A stretch of 64,000 bases of DNA from Octopus bimaculoides. Taxonomy: Eukaryota. The notes below the pieces were generated by a model. The model made no database searches. It was not told the origin of the DNA and saw nothing but the letters and a program-made list of their open reading frames with translations. The translations under genes and the position numbers were made by a program. Shown piece after piece: positions 1-13,302 of the stretch; the stretch's first letter is position 1, and every line of letters starts with the position of its first letter. The stretch spans positions 19,233,359-19,297,358 of the forward strand of contig NC_069005.1 of NCBI RefSeq assembly GCF_001194135.2, written 5' to 3'.

Positions 1-229
1 GCATTCATGTCTTTCAACTTACAGTAAAAACCTCTGTGTGTGTTTGGCTGGGTTTTTTTTTCCTTATTCCATAAATAGTTCCATAAGTTATGTTATGCAC
101 CATGTTAATATATGTAAATGTATGCATAGATATTTGGTTTGTGTGGCTTTCAACTTTAAGAGGTCTCTGTTTTAGCCTTCTGCTTTTGCTCTTTGCTGAT
201 TAGAAGGAAGATGGACGAGATATTTAGTA

Positions 230-500
230 TCATTTCGGCTTTTCTCTATAGAGTGCTGGACCTAATATATTGCCTTGTTTACCACCACTGGTATCTCAAC
301 AAAATCCACACTGTTGAAAATATTTGTACAAGCTCCCCTGGTTTCAGAATGATGCAAGAATTAGAACTTCTTCATCCCCCCCCCCCATCACATGTCTTAG
401 TGGCTCTGCAAAGATGTCTCAGGTACTGCTTTTCTTTCTTGATGCCATACATGATGGCAGCATTGAATCTGTCTACAAATGTTATCCAATAAACTGCAGC
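230..500 (-). mobile_element. Highly degraded non-LTR reverse transcriptase remnant
   Basis: Minus-strand translation gives ...ITFVD... and DTSGGKQGNILGPALY, resembling the RT motifs FVD..KAFD and GVKQGCxLxPxLF; stops and frameshifts present. Confidence 0.35.
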
Positions 501-887
501 CATTCCGTTTTTATGGTGGCCACATTATCCTGAAATTTAGATACTTAAGACAGTGACAGCATTGAAACTGTTTTGTATCTGCTGGGAATAACAGTCAGAT
601 CTCCCAGAAACCATACCCTGCTGTCTTAAATGCACTTACAGGGGACAATGTTGCTCTGGTACACAAAACATTAGGATATGTCACAGCTAAAATGCCCTCC
701 ATTATAGACCTGCTGGGTGAGGGCTGACCCAGGGTTAAGTAATGCCTTCAATGGTTTCAGTTTGAAATAGGAAGGCCTTATCAAGGCAAAAAGCCTATTT
801 TGATATGTGTGTGTGTCTCTCTTTCTCTCTCGTTATCCCCTCCCCCTCTCTCTCTCTCTCTCTCTCTCTCTTTATATATATATACAT

Positions 888-920
<33 letters not shown>

Positions 921-1061
921 GTTTAACGTCCGCTTTCCATGCTAGCATGGGTTGGACGATTTGACTGAGGACTGGTGAAACCGGATGGCAACACCAGGCT
1001 CCAATCTAAATTTGGCAGAGTTTCTACAGCTGGATACCCTTCCTAACGCCAACCACTCAGA
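888..1061 (-). mobile_element. 3' tail of RTE LINE (young copy) ending in (ATG)n
   Basis: Reverse complement nearly identical to 41110-41268, which follows an RTE ORF; terminal (CAT)n run at 888-920. Confidence 0.85.
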
Positions 1062-1414
1062 CACACACATGCACATAAGTTAGAGTGGTATTGTTTGAAT
1101 GAAGTATTGTGTGATAAAGCTAAGTGTTTTTAATTTTTATTTGAAACATCAAAACAATGTGAGTTACAAGAAATTATACAATTTGATGGTTTGTGTTTTT
1201 ATTTTGTTCTTCAATATTTCAAGATCTCAGAGATTTGATTTTTACAAGCTAACCCTTTGAAGATGTCGCAACCCTGAAATAGTGAAGTACAAGAAGAAAG
1301 TACAAACCATTAGCTTCTATTATTTCTTATAAATGTACTTCATGGGGTAGGACTCGAAGGATTCACTTTTTCTGTTCTGAATGCAACTTGAGATGCCAGT
1401 GAGGAAAGGAACCA

Positions 1415-1507
1415 CCCAAATCTCAGATATCTGTGGGTGGGCATACACAAGCATGCACATGCATACAGAAGTACTTTAATGCTGGATGTGTATAGGTGGA
1501 GTTTTCA

Positions 1508-1542
<35 letters not shown>

Positions 1543-1675
1543 GGAGGCACTCAAATCCTGGAGGTGTATGGCCAAGTTTACACTTACGCACCACTACTCA
1601 AATCTCAGATATGTGTGGATGGGTTTTACATTTACACTGGTACTGAAGTCTCAGATATATGTGGGTAAGTTTACA
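1415..1675. repeat. Degenerate minisatellite interrupted by (CA)n
   Basis: Recurrent unit aaatctcagatat(c/g/a)tgtgg...tttaca, about 4 copies. Confidence 0.7.
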
Positions 1676-1929
1676 CACACAACCAAACACAAACAAATGC
1701 TCGTGTGTATCAGCACCCTCTCTCTGTGTTTGCCAGCTTCAGTGTATAAGTAACATACCAAACATTTTTACGTTGTCATTGAGCATTTTGGCAGATTTCC
1801 ATAACAGAAGAAACTCGACTGAAATAAGATGTCTTTTAGGATGCTATATCAATGTCACTAGAAGCAAAAGAACTCTGCTGATGTTAAGTGTACTGTTTGC
1901 AGCAAGCACTTAGAAATTCCTCGTCTGCT

Positions 1930-1974
<45 letters not shown>

Positions 1975-2271
1975 ATATGTATTTATGTAAATATATTTAA
2001 TTGTCCTTATTGATGTAGTAAATTGGTAATTTTACTATTGACCTACATATATACTTAGTCGTCATTGTCATCTTTGTTGTTGTTGGCTTGTTGAATTAAT
2101 ATCTTTTAATAGATATGAAGAGGAGGACAAGTTGGTGGAACTAAACTCAGTGTTTCATTCTAATGAGTTTTATGTGTTTGTTAAATAGAATAGCTTATCT
2201 TGTCAAACCATTGAAATATTTGTTAGGAAGTATTTTCTAGGAAAACAAACACACACACACACACACACAGA

Positions 2272-2520
2272 TGTGCACACACAGCTACAACTGCATGCAT
2301 GCAGCTGGATTTATAGGCATGTAGCTGGACTTGCACACATGTTGCTGGTCTCATATGCAGCTTGATTTGCACATGCAGCTGGACTCGCATGCATGGCTTG
2401 ACTCTCATGCAGTTGGACTCGCAAGCATGGCTTGACTCTCATGCAGTTGGACTTGCATGTTACATGTTGGACTTGCATATTACATGTTGGACTTGCAGTT
2501 GGACTTGCACAGTTGGATTT
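2272..2520. repeat. Degenerate short-unit tandem repeat
   Basis: Many copies of (g)cag(c/t)tggacttgca-like units. Confidence 0.8.
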
Positions 2521-2873
2521 GTGCTTACAGCAGGATGCACACTCATGGCTGAACACGTACGCAAAGGCAGATCAATACAATCAAACGCATCTAGGCATAC
2601 AGTCAAGTGCATACAGACACGCACACAGTCAGACTTGTACATGCACATATATAATTAAGAATTCTACATTGACCTTGAGCAGTGCTCATAATTCTGCTTG
2701 CTCCAATTTGCTTGACTAACAAGAAATAGATTGCTCTCTTTCTTCACAGTTGAATAGGGAGCAGTCATTGTCATCATAATGTTAGTACTAAAGGGCATCT
2801 AGTGAATTGTTGCAACAAATATACTTTTCTGTGCATCAACACAGAATTGGGTCAGTCTATTTATCCATAGAAG

Positions 2874-3173
2874 CAGTGCTGGATTAACCAGCTTAGGGTA
2901 TCAAAGGAACAGGAGCACCACAGAAATGGTAAATGGTTTACAGCATAAAAATCCCCTTAAACTTGCTAAAGGGATATTTGAAGTGGTTTATATGATCGGA
3001 AATATAATTTCAAAGTGTTCATAGGGTCAAAGTAAAACATTTTTCATATTTCTGTTGTTTCATTTTGAAAATTTTTTATAGTTTATTATTGTTTGTATTT
3101 TGAATTACATATGGGGGCACCAAAAATCTTTTTTTAAGTGCTTAGGGCCCCTATGGCTCTTAATCCAGCCTTG
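2874..3173. mobile_element. hAT-type MITE, 300 bp
   Basis: TIRs cagtgctggattaa / ttaatccagccttg (12/14 match); 8-bp TSD catagaag (2866-2873) / catagaaa (3174-3181). Confidence 0.75.
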
Positions 3174-3452
3174 CATAGAAAGCAGCTTATATTTAAATTG
3201 GGTAATTATTGTTGTTAAAACTGATATCAGCCCTCATCCAAAATATCTGTGATCCAAGACATTCTGTTCATGACCATCTAATCTTTTTAAATATAATTTA
3301 TTTCAGACTACAGTGGCCAATGTGTCTTACTTGATGATAAAGTGATTTTAGAGATTTAACTGTTATTTGTAACAGATCAAGTTTTTTTGTTACTTTATCA
3401 TTAGTCTCAGAATAAATATGAGACTTAGGTAATGTCCTCAGAATCATCAGCA

Positions 3453-3660
3453 TTTTAGCATCCAATTTGCTATGTTAACATGGGTCTGATGTGGTTTATT
3501 GAAGCAGATTTTCTATGACCTGATGCCCTTCATGTCATGAGACCTCACCTGTTTCTGAGCAAGCTAGTTATTTCCCCAAAGCCAGACATGTTTTTTACAG
3601 AATATTGGAAATGAGAGTGACACTTGTTTACAGTTAATATACAATGTAAAGACAATGAGA
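3453..3660 (-). mobile_element. Short interspersed repeat sharing the RTE-like 3' tail
   Basis: Reverse complement matches copies at 7095-7490, 33790-33930 and 56080-56220. Confidence 0.65.
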
Positions 3661-4263
3661 CAGAAACACACACGCACACACTCACATGCACGCATGCACA
3701 TATACCTGTGTATAACATATATTCATATAATGGGCCTCTTTCAGTTTCTGTCTGCAACAAACTGAGTTGGTTTTAAATTTATTACATTTATCAGTTACTA
3801 TGTTGGAGTTGTAGGGCTGTGGATTTACTAGTCTCACAAATTGAGTTTGTTTTAAACTTTTAACATTCATCCAGCTCCATATCAAAGTTACAGGACTGGA
3901 GATATTCTAGTGTACCTCAAATTGAGTTTTTTTTTTTGTTTGTTTGTTTGTTTTTTTAAGTTTTAAAATTTGTTCATGTAGAAGAGATATCTGTTTAGTT
4001 GTTCATTTTACATCCATTCTGCCTATTCTTGCATGGAGTGGACAAATATATAATTTGAGGCATTGTTTTACAGCTGGATGCTCTTCTTGACACTAACCCT
4101 TACCTATTTTTCATGTAAGAGATTACTTATTCCACACAGCTTCTAAAGTATGAAGTATCCAGACTATTTGTTGATCGGAGAACTGACTACAACTCTGCTT
4201 ACCATGTTTTTGTACAAGTGATTGGTCACAGAAGTTTACACACACACACACACACACACACAA

Positions 4264-4410
4264 GGCACAAGCATGGCTGTGTGGTAAGAAGTTTGCTTCC
4301 CAACCAAATACTTCTGGGTAGAGTTCAATGGTGTGGCACCTTGGGCAAGTTCCTTGTGAGTGGATTTGGTAGATGGAAACTGAAAGAAGCCTATCATATG
4401 TGTGTGTGTG
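4264..4410 (+). mobile_element. tRNA-derived SINE family A (CORE-like), 5' part
   Basis: gcatggctgtgtggtaagaag head, ggcaccttgggcaagt core; many copies in the window. Confidence 0.8.
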
Positions 4411-4621
4411 TGTGTCTCATTGTCTTTACATCGTGTGATAGTTGTAAATGAATGTTACTGTCAAACGAGCAATATTCCAATATTCTGTAAGACCCTGTCT
4501 GGCCATGAGGAAGTATTACATTGCTTGGCAACAGGAAAATTTGCTTCAGATAAACTGCAGCCAATGCATGCATGCTTAGAACAGTGATTGTTAAATGATA
4601 ACGATACCCATATGTATATGA

Positions 4622-4783
4622 TAGTTTTCAGTTTTCATCTACTAAATTCACTCAAAAGGCATTGGTCGATCTGAGGCTCTGGTATAAAACACTTGCCCAA
4701 GATGCTGCATGTCAATCCTGGGACTGAACTCGACACCACATGGGCGAGAAGTGAACCTCTCAACTACACAGTCATGCCTGCAC
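4622..4783 (-). mobile_element. tRNA-derived SINE family A, 5' part
   Basis: Reverse complement of the family A head and core. Confidence 0.75.
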
Positions 4784-5760
4784 ACAGCTACAAGACAAGA
4801 CCATGCTTACTTGCAATGTTTTTTTACAGACAAGGGAACTAAGAGGATTGAAGATGGGTCTGATGGCCAGGTTTAATAAAATTAGAAGGATTTTAAACTT
4901 TTTAAATTTGTCCTGCACCATGTCAAAGAAATAACTTAATCTTCATCCTTAACAAAGGGAGAAGGGTTAAAAACTCTGTATTTTGAGGGAGGTGGGGGTT
5001 CAGTATTTTTCTGTTCAAGAACCATTATTTTAGGGGTCAAATGGTCCTTGTAGAGGTTTCTTTATTGGTACTTTATGAACCCTTAGTCATTTTTTTTTTT
5101 GTTTTAGTTTTGCTCTTTTTAAATTCTTATAGTATGACTAAATAATTTCAATTTTTTTATTGTTACTTTTAATTTTATCCTTACATTTTTTTTTGTTGTT
5201 TTTTTGCTCTGCAAGTTTGCAAAGCATGTGTGTATGTTTGTTTAAAGTATTAATTATGATGAGTAAATGAAAACAAATTTTAACGTGATATTTTGGAGAG
5301 AAATATATACACACATTAACATAAATCTGCAAAGTTATCTTTCCACCAGACTGGAATGGATGAAATTCAAAGAATATTTTAGAATGACATCTAACTGATA
5401 AGAGATATTTGCAAACATCAATGTCTGTCTGTGTGTATCTGCATGTTTGTGTATGTGCTTACGCATGCAATTTTAGACTAAGGCATTTTTTAGACAGATT
5501 AAAAAAATATTAACTATATGTGTATTTAATTTTTTTTTAAATCTCACACATACACATCTATAGAAATTTATATTATACACAATAAAAAAAAATTCTTGAA
5601 GTCTGTACCTTAATGAAATTAATTCTACACCATACTGTGTCTGTCTACAAGCCAATTATGATTTGTGGCTGGCAAACCTCTTTTCTTGTCCAGTTGTGCC
5701 AAATAATATTTAAATTTCTCTATCTCTCACTCTCTCCCTTCCTACCCCACTCTCTCTCAG

Positions 5761-5783
5761 TAGAAATGGCAACAGCTGCTCAG
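5761..5783 (+). CDS. Candidate ATG-containing microexon (MATAAQ)
   Basis: Long CT tract + cag acceptor at 5760, gaaATGG start at 5766, CAG|gtaact donor; splice-signal inference only. Confidence 0.25.
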
Positions 5784-5856
5784 GTAACTTGTAAGTAGTG
5801 TGTGTAAATATTTGTATTTATTGTGGCCTTGTGCCTGAGCTGGATGTATTCTGTAT

Positions 5857-5901
<45 letters not shown>

Positions 5902-6120
5902 CGTATATATAAACACATACAATAATGCACATTCAAATACATACATTCACACACACATAAATACAATAATGCATAAAATAATTCAAATACATACATATAA
6001 AGATATATATATAATGTATACACACTCATACTTATGTATGTATATAATATGCTGCTCATGCATTCAGGCCTACACATACACACACCACACACACACAAAT
6101 GTGTAGGTGTATGAATGTGT

Positions 6121-6177
<57 letters not shown>

Positions 6178-6676
6178 AAGCTGTTAGTCAAGATTAAGAC
6201 ATCCATGTTGGTGTAAGTAAGCCTAATTTGTAATAGTCATCGTATGCAATGAGTCAGGAGTAAAGGGAGAGTTCGTATAATAAACAATGAGTAATAGTTG
6301 ATGCTTGAAGAGAAATTCTTTTCGGATCAGATTCCATTTTTAATTTCACACTTTACAAATATTAACGGTTTAAAATTTTTAAGGGAAAAATACATTTTTC
6401 AAACTTTGAAAAAGAAATTAAATTATCAAAAATACGTAAAATTGTTTTTTGTTTCTTTAAGGAAACCCATTTGAATGTAATTTTATTTTATTTATTTTAT
6501 TCTATCCCCACACACATAAACAATTTCCGTCCCTGTAGTATTTTTGTTGTTATTGTTGTGCGTTGGTGTTAGGAAATGTGGGAGTGAGGCAGACTCCTCC
6601 CCTCCCCCATTTAACTTAAGACCAGGTATCATTAAATTGTTTTACTATGTGTATTCTGGGTTTTTGGAATAGATTC

Positions 6677-7490
6677 ACAGCTGTGGGGTTAAGCAGCTTC
6701 TTTCCTAACCATGTGGTCTCAGGTTCTGTCCCACTGTGTGGCATCTCGGTGAATTGGCTTCTACTATAGCTCCAGGTCAGTCAAAGCCTTGTGAATGGAT
6801 TTGGTTGTCAGAAACTGGAAGAAGCCTGTTGTGTGTACATGTGTATCATCATCCTTTGATGTCCATTTTCCATGCTGGCATGGGTTGAACGGTTTGACCA
6901 GAACTGGCAAGCCAGAGAGCTGCATCAGGTTCCAGTTTGATTTGGCTTGGCTTCTATGGCTGGATGCCCTTCCTAATGCCAACCACTCTACAGAGTGTGC
7001 TGGGTGTCTTTTATGCAACACTCGCACATGTATGTATATGTGTACATATATCTTATATGTCTGTGTGTATTTAGGTGTACCTTTATCACCCTCATACAAG
7101 TGATGCTGTTTGTTTCCAATCTTCCATGGAAAACATGTCTGGCGATAGGGAAGTAACACCTAGCCGGAAAATAGGTGAGGGTTGGTGACAGCAAGGACAT
7201 CTAGCCATAGAAAATCTACCTCAACAAATTCTGTCTGGCTCAGTGTGTGTTTGTTTGTATACCCTTGCCTTGACATCATGTGATAGTTATAAATGAGTAT
7301 AACTATCATATAAGCAATGTTGTTCATTTCCAGTCTTCCATGAAAACATGTCTGGTTATAGGGAAATAATACCTAGCCTGGAAACAGGTGAGGGTTGGTG
7401 ATAGTAAGGACATTTGGCCATAGAATAATCTGCTTCATCAAATTCCATCTGACCCATGCAGGCGTGGACAGGTGGACGTTAACTAGTGAT
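6677..7490. mobile_element. Cluster: SINE A head (+, 6677-6840), RTE tail (-, 6843-7020), two tandem RTE-tail SINE copies (+, 7095-7490)
   Basis: Similarity to other copies in the window. Confidence 0.75.
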
Positions 7491-8036
7491 GGTAGTGGTG
7501 ATATGTGTTCCTGTGTGTCAGAAGTAACTAAAAGGGTTGGCAGCTAGAAGAGCATTTTGGCTGTATGTATGTATATGTTTGTCTAAGAATATGTGAAGGT
7601 GCCTAATGGTCATGGTCATGGGTTCAATTTCCAGACTAGGCAACAATGCATTGTGTCCTTGAGTAAGGCACCTCCTTTCGTTCCAGTTTGCTCAGCTGCA
7701 AATGAGTACCAACCAATAGCTGGTGCAGCTGTCACATCTGTGATGCTCTACCAGATCAAGGGTGGAATGGCCAAGAGAGTATCTATGCCTGCTTGGTACT
7801 AAACAGGCACCTCAAACAATTATTGAAAGCCAGGTACATGCCACCAGGTCATATTCACTTGTGATTGACAACTAAGCTTTTTCTTTAACAAAAAATTCAT
7901 TGCATCTATGTTTGTGCCTGACCATTGCTTGACAACCGGTGTTGGTGTGTTTACATCCCCATAGCTTAGCAGTGCCCCAGTGTGGCTGCAGTTTAATGAC
8001 TGAAACAAGTGAAAGATAAAGATGATAAAGTATGAT

Positions 8037-8233
8037 TTAACCTTTAGCATTCACATTGACTGTAAATGTTTTTAAGTTCCAGTTGGCCAAGATCTGGCCT
8101 CTCACATCTACCCTACAATGTCATTCTAAAAATAAACAATCATATCAAACTCTCAAAGCTGCAAGATAATGCAGGTTAAATCAAAGCAATATGCATTACA
8201 TTTGACAGAGTAATTTGAATGCTAAAGAGTTAA
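8037..8233. mobile_element. piggyBac-like MITE (TTAA ends)
   Basis: ttaacctttagcattca ... tgaatgctaaagagttaa termini; homologous to 32715-32925 and 54443-54600. Confidence 0.75.
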
Positions 8234-8594
8234 GGGGGATTTGGTTGCTACTTCCAGCATATCAACTGTTCCTGTGGAAATCTTTTCATTGGCTTGTGAT
8301 GGTCTCCTGTACTGGTTTTCCACCTTTTTCTTTTCTGTCGTTTTCTCTAAATAAACATTACTGAGTGAAAGAATGGTTGGCCTTAAACTTCTCATTTCTC
8401 TGATGGTTAATAAACCTTTTCTCAGCAACATCTCTCCTGTTGAGTAATTTTACTGAATTTAAACCTTAAGGCTTTAAGGATGATTGCACTCTTTTCATTT
8501 TTGGTTGGTTGATTTTTTTTGTTGCCTCTTTTCTTTTTTCTTTTTTTTTTGCCAACATTATTCCATCTGTGATAGTCGTTGGTTCCCAGCAGTT

Positions 8595-8837
8595 AAGAGC
8601 ATCACAGTAAGAAGAGTTTAACTATCCTGTTAACAATTTATGTGGCTGGGCTGAGTTGAACTACTGTAGGAAGTGTTGTCAGTTGTTCTTTATATCCCAA
8701 ATAACCTCCTGATCAAGTAAGTGGATGATCAGACATTCCATTCATGACTGTCTTTAAGAACATCACAGTTAAGAAGATTTAACAATCATGTTAGCAATTT
8801 TTATGGCTGAGCTGAACTGCTGTACAAAAGGAAGTGA
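8595..8837. repeat. Imperfect direct duplication (~160-nt period)
   Basis: atcacagt(t)aagaaga...ggctgagctgaact(a/g)ctgta...ggaagtg occurs at ~8602 and ~8762. Confidence 0.75.
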
Positions 8838-9049
8838 CACTCCTAAGCAAGCTGCTGATCAGCCGTTCTATTTGTGACTACTCCATGTTATTTTAGACTA
8901 TAATTGCATCTGTTCCTCAGAGCTGGTGGCTCTTGTACATTCATCACTCAGGTACCCACCAATCCACCCTTCTCTCCACCTTTTCCTTCATTCTCTCCAT
9001 TGTTGCATCCAACTTCACCAGTGTCTGCATCGACCGCTACGTCCCGTTC

Positions 9050-9340
9050 TTTCTCCCTTGCATGTGTTGACCCGCAACTGTTTAAAAAGAATATGAATGG
9101 CATCAAAACGACCAGTTTTGGAGGGCTTGCAAAGGGTCTTGGGTATTATTCTTTTCTCCAGACTCACCAAGAAAGAAAAAATAATTCATTTGAGGACTGC
9201 TCCTACCTAACCCTTTATATAACAGTTTGCCACAGACTTCCTCAGATTTCATGTTATAAACTTCTTGTCTTAAAGTAATCGAAATTGACCATTGGTGAGG
9301 ATATCTTGTTTGACCACATTCAAATGGAGACTATTTGATT
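9050..9340 (+). mobile_element. Possible L1/Tx1-type endonuclease remnant
   Basis: NMNGIK...YSFLQTH resembles the APE N-terminus NxNG...LQETH; very degraded. Confidence 0.25.
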
Positions 9341-10229
9341 TTGGCACAGCTTCTATCACCAACTGTCTTCAACCATTAATTTGCATCGGCAGCAGTTTCT
9401 CTCTCTCTGTGTCTGCTCTTTCTCTACTATTATGATGGTTTCTGCTGTTCTGAAGTAGCTACCTTTCACTCCAGCCTAACTCTATTCCTCCCATTTTGCC
9501 TCAGCCTCCAAAGACAGTCCCAACACCACAGGTCTGAAACGGTCAAGGTCACCAGATATTTTATGGGGTGGGGAAAGCAATCTAGAACAGGACAAATTTG
9601 CAGTCCCATCCATCAGCTCAGAGCTAACATTTTTGCTTAAAAAAGAACTGGGGTTCATTTGTCTGACTAAACCCTGTAAGGCAGTAACCTCCAACTGGGC
9701 ACAGTCCAGTGATTGAGACAAGTAAAACACACACACACCATTTTTTGAATCTATGCAAATATTGATTTCTCATATTGGCACAGCAGGGTCAGTCGATTTC
9801 CAGGAAATGGATTAAACGCATTGATTAAATCAAACCTGAGTATATAACTGGTATTTCTATATTTCAACTTCTACTCTCACAGTGATGAAAGGCAATGCTG
9901 ACCTTTCTTTCTTTGGCAATAGGATTTTCAACTCACAACATAAGGGAGATTAATTAAATACCAATATTTTCTAATTGCCCCACTGATTATTGTTGTTGCT
10001 GAGCTTTAAAGCATTCTAGCCATGAGCATCCACGTCTACTTTCAGGACTACATTATTCAATGTTTTTGTTTTGTTTTTCTAAAGATGGTAAGTTTTTGGA
10101 TAATTTAGTTGTTATTTCTAGCAAATAAAACGACCATACAGAGTCCATCATGCTTTAGTCTCTTTTGTTACATCTTGTGTTTTCAGAATAAAACAGTTTA
10201 AGCTTTAAAATGAAATAAACAAAATGACA

Positions 10230-11422
10230 TAAACCAAGGCGAATTTTCTCTGACGAAAAATCCCTGATTCACTACTTCTCACCTCCCTACCCGTTTCTCA
10301 TACAATATCGAGCTGTTCTTAGATACAACGTTTATGTCACGAGATCCTAAGCTGGATACTCGATTTATTACGTAGTCTTCTTACCAGTTTCTCAGTGCAG
10401 AGGTGTGTGATATCTCTTCTCTCTCTATCTATCTCTCTTCCCCGTTTTCTCTCTCTTTTTCCATATCTACCCTTCCTCTCTCTCTCTCTCGTCTCCTTTC
10501 TCTTCTCCCTTCTATCTTCTTACTTCTCTTTGTCATCACCCCTCCTTCCACTTATTTGTTTTTCTCTTCCTTCTGTCTCCTGTCTCTTCTCTCCTCCCCT
10601 CCTCTTGTCTCTCTTCCACTCTATTTCCCCCTCTCTATTTCAGTCTCGACTCCTTTTTCTACTGACTCCAAGTCTTATGTCTTCTCTTTCCTTCTTTGTA
10701 TTTTCTCTCCCCCCTCTCTCACTCGACAGGGAGAGGTGGTGGTGGTGGTGGAATGCTAAACGCAAATACTACCAGTATATTAAAACATCATCCTTTTAAC
10801 ATTCTCAGTTCAAATCCCTCTAGGGGGGAATTGTGTAATAAAAGAAAATGTCCTGTAGAGAAAAAAACATATCAGTTATATATTAGGGTTAATTAGAATA
10901 GAACTGAATCGATTCTACCCGTTCACCGCCAACATCGCCGCCGCCACTGTCACACACCACCCACAAAAAATAAAATATTAAAATGAAATCTGTGGCCTTG
11001 TGTACTTTTTCTACAGAAATCGATAACAGCAGTGAAGTCCCTCCACTTATGCAATTTCTGTTGTTGCTGTGGCTGAAATTACTTTTGTGTGCAAAAGTCT
11101 TACATTTATTTGTGTATGAATAAATAGATATGAGATTGGTGTTCTAGCCATGACCATCTTGTCATATTTTTCAGAAGCACTTCCTTGAATATTTTTTAAA
11201 CGGTATGGTGTGGTTTGAAGGATTTGACTGCTATTTCTGTTGCGGTCGTCGTAACGACGACAGTATTTGCTGCTGCTGCTGCTATTGTTGTTGTGATTGC
11301 TATAGGATGCAACAACAACGGCTGTTTTGATAACATTTACTACTACTACTAGTATTACTACTGCTGCTACTACTACTACTACATGTGTCTGTGCGTGCGT
11401 GTATGTATAGTTAAAGATGTGC

Positions 11423-11462
<40 letters not shown>

Positions 11463-13259
11463 GATATACCTCAGTATATAAGGATGTGTGTTATATGCAT
11501 ATCATATATACACATGTGTATGAATATATGTCTGCGTTTGTATGCATATTTATGTATATATAAACTGTTGCTGTGCTACTGTTATTACTGGTACCACAGG
11601 CGCTGCTGCTGCTTCTTATAACATTGCTGCTGCCGCTGTTACACTGTAGCAACAACAGTAACAGTGGTAGTGGGTGGTAGCGGCGACAGAATTTAGTATC
11701 TCTAGCAGCAGCAGCAGCAGTTATAAAGCTTGTTATACAGGCTATGTATGTATGTATAGCGGAGAGCACCACCCCCTCCTTCTTTCACAAGAATGTGGCA
11801 TAATTAGTATCTGTGTAGGTGAAGTTGAATTTTTTTTCCCCTTCTTTGTTCCTATCTGTCTTTTATCGCCTCTACCCACTCTTGTCTTTCATTTCTCATC
11901 GCCCAAGCGAGAGTTGCTCGCGTTACCCAGGCGCACAACCGTTGCCTTCTTTCAGTGGGACTTGGGGGACAGACACACATACACACTCCCACATACATAC
12001 ACTGTCACTCACTATTCTATCTGTCTTTCGTCTGATGTGGTCACTGGTTTAAGTTGACCTGGCCTGGACTTGTCTTGGCTTGGTGTCACTTACCAAGTCG
12101 CCCGTCCTCATCTTCTCACACACACGCCGCGGTCTACCTACCTATTCTTTGCCGCTGCCGCCCTCTCTTCACCCAACTCTACCTTCCTCTAGTGGGAAAT
12201 TTTTACAAGTCTTCTCTGGTTGTCCTTTCTTTGAGTGAACAACAGAGAAGTCAGTTGAGTTTTTCCAGAGCGTTCTGATACAGGTTTGTTGAATTATTAG
12301 TATTAATCTTTTTGTTTGTCACCATCTTTTTTCCCTTCCTTTGATATTGTAGCCAACACATCCACATACTAACACACATATATAAGTACTTAAAAGTGCA
12401 TGCGTACACACACACATTTCTGTATGTCTGTATGCCGTCGCTGCACACACTTCAATATTAAAACACGTACACCATTCCTTGACGTAAATACACGCGCGCG
12501 CACACACACACCACTCCCGTTCCTATCATCAACTGTTGTTATCGGAGCCTCACCAGCTGTTCTAATCATTCCTTGTTGACTTTCTGAAATTGCCATCTGG
12601 TCCTGCTTTGAAGCCGTTGACACACGCATACACACATACACCCACTTCTGTGTGTCTGTCCCTTGTAGGAAGGAATGTGTCTACCTCTTCGAGTTGTCAC
12701 ATTTCCTTTTTCTTATTTTTCTTTTGATATCGATGTTAAAATGTCTGGTCTAAATATTTAATCCCACCCTCAACTTCCATATCTATTAGCTGGACTACCA
12801 ACTTCAGTTTGACAAACAAATGAAAGGTAATTTATTTGACTAAAAAATTTTTTGCTGCCGTTTATTTATTTATTTTTTAACGACATATATATATATATAC
12901 ACGCAGTCATACATTCTTAAATACATACACACATACACTAAAACACGTTTTTAAACACTCCCACATACATGCATTATTAAACAGACATTTATACATACAT
13001 ACTTAAACATATTCACATGCATTTCTCATTTACACATATATATTCAAAGACTGTTTCTCAAATATTGAGTTCTTTTACAGTGCGACTACTAGGCTGAGGT
13101 TTTCAGTCCGTAAGCTACTCCGAGTTTTGTTCTGTTCACATTGCTTATGCGACACCATAAATGAATTCATTCTGCTCTTTGCCCATCATGGGCGGTACGC
13201 ATTCGCGTAATTATATACATGCATACATATATATCTACACACACGCTGCGCACATTCTA

Positions 13260-13302
<43 letters not shown>

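Noticed and set aside
1889-1933. RING-like peptide CTVCSKHLEIPRLL
   Set aside because: In-frame stop just upstream, no C-x-H continuation, and it runs into a (CT)n repeat; likely chance.
1415-2520. Repeat arrays as CRISPR
   Set aside because: Degenerate tandem units without unique spacers, no cas genes, eukaryotic context.
5757-6206. Long ORFs here and elsewhere rich in HT, CV, YI or LS dipeptides
   Set aside because: Translations of (CA)n, (TA)n and (CT)n microsatellites.
11017-11120. Acceptor followed by the open frame EIDNSSEVPPLMQFLL...
   Set aside because: No convincing donor or recognisable motif, and it does not fit the exon chain.
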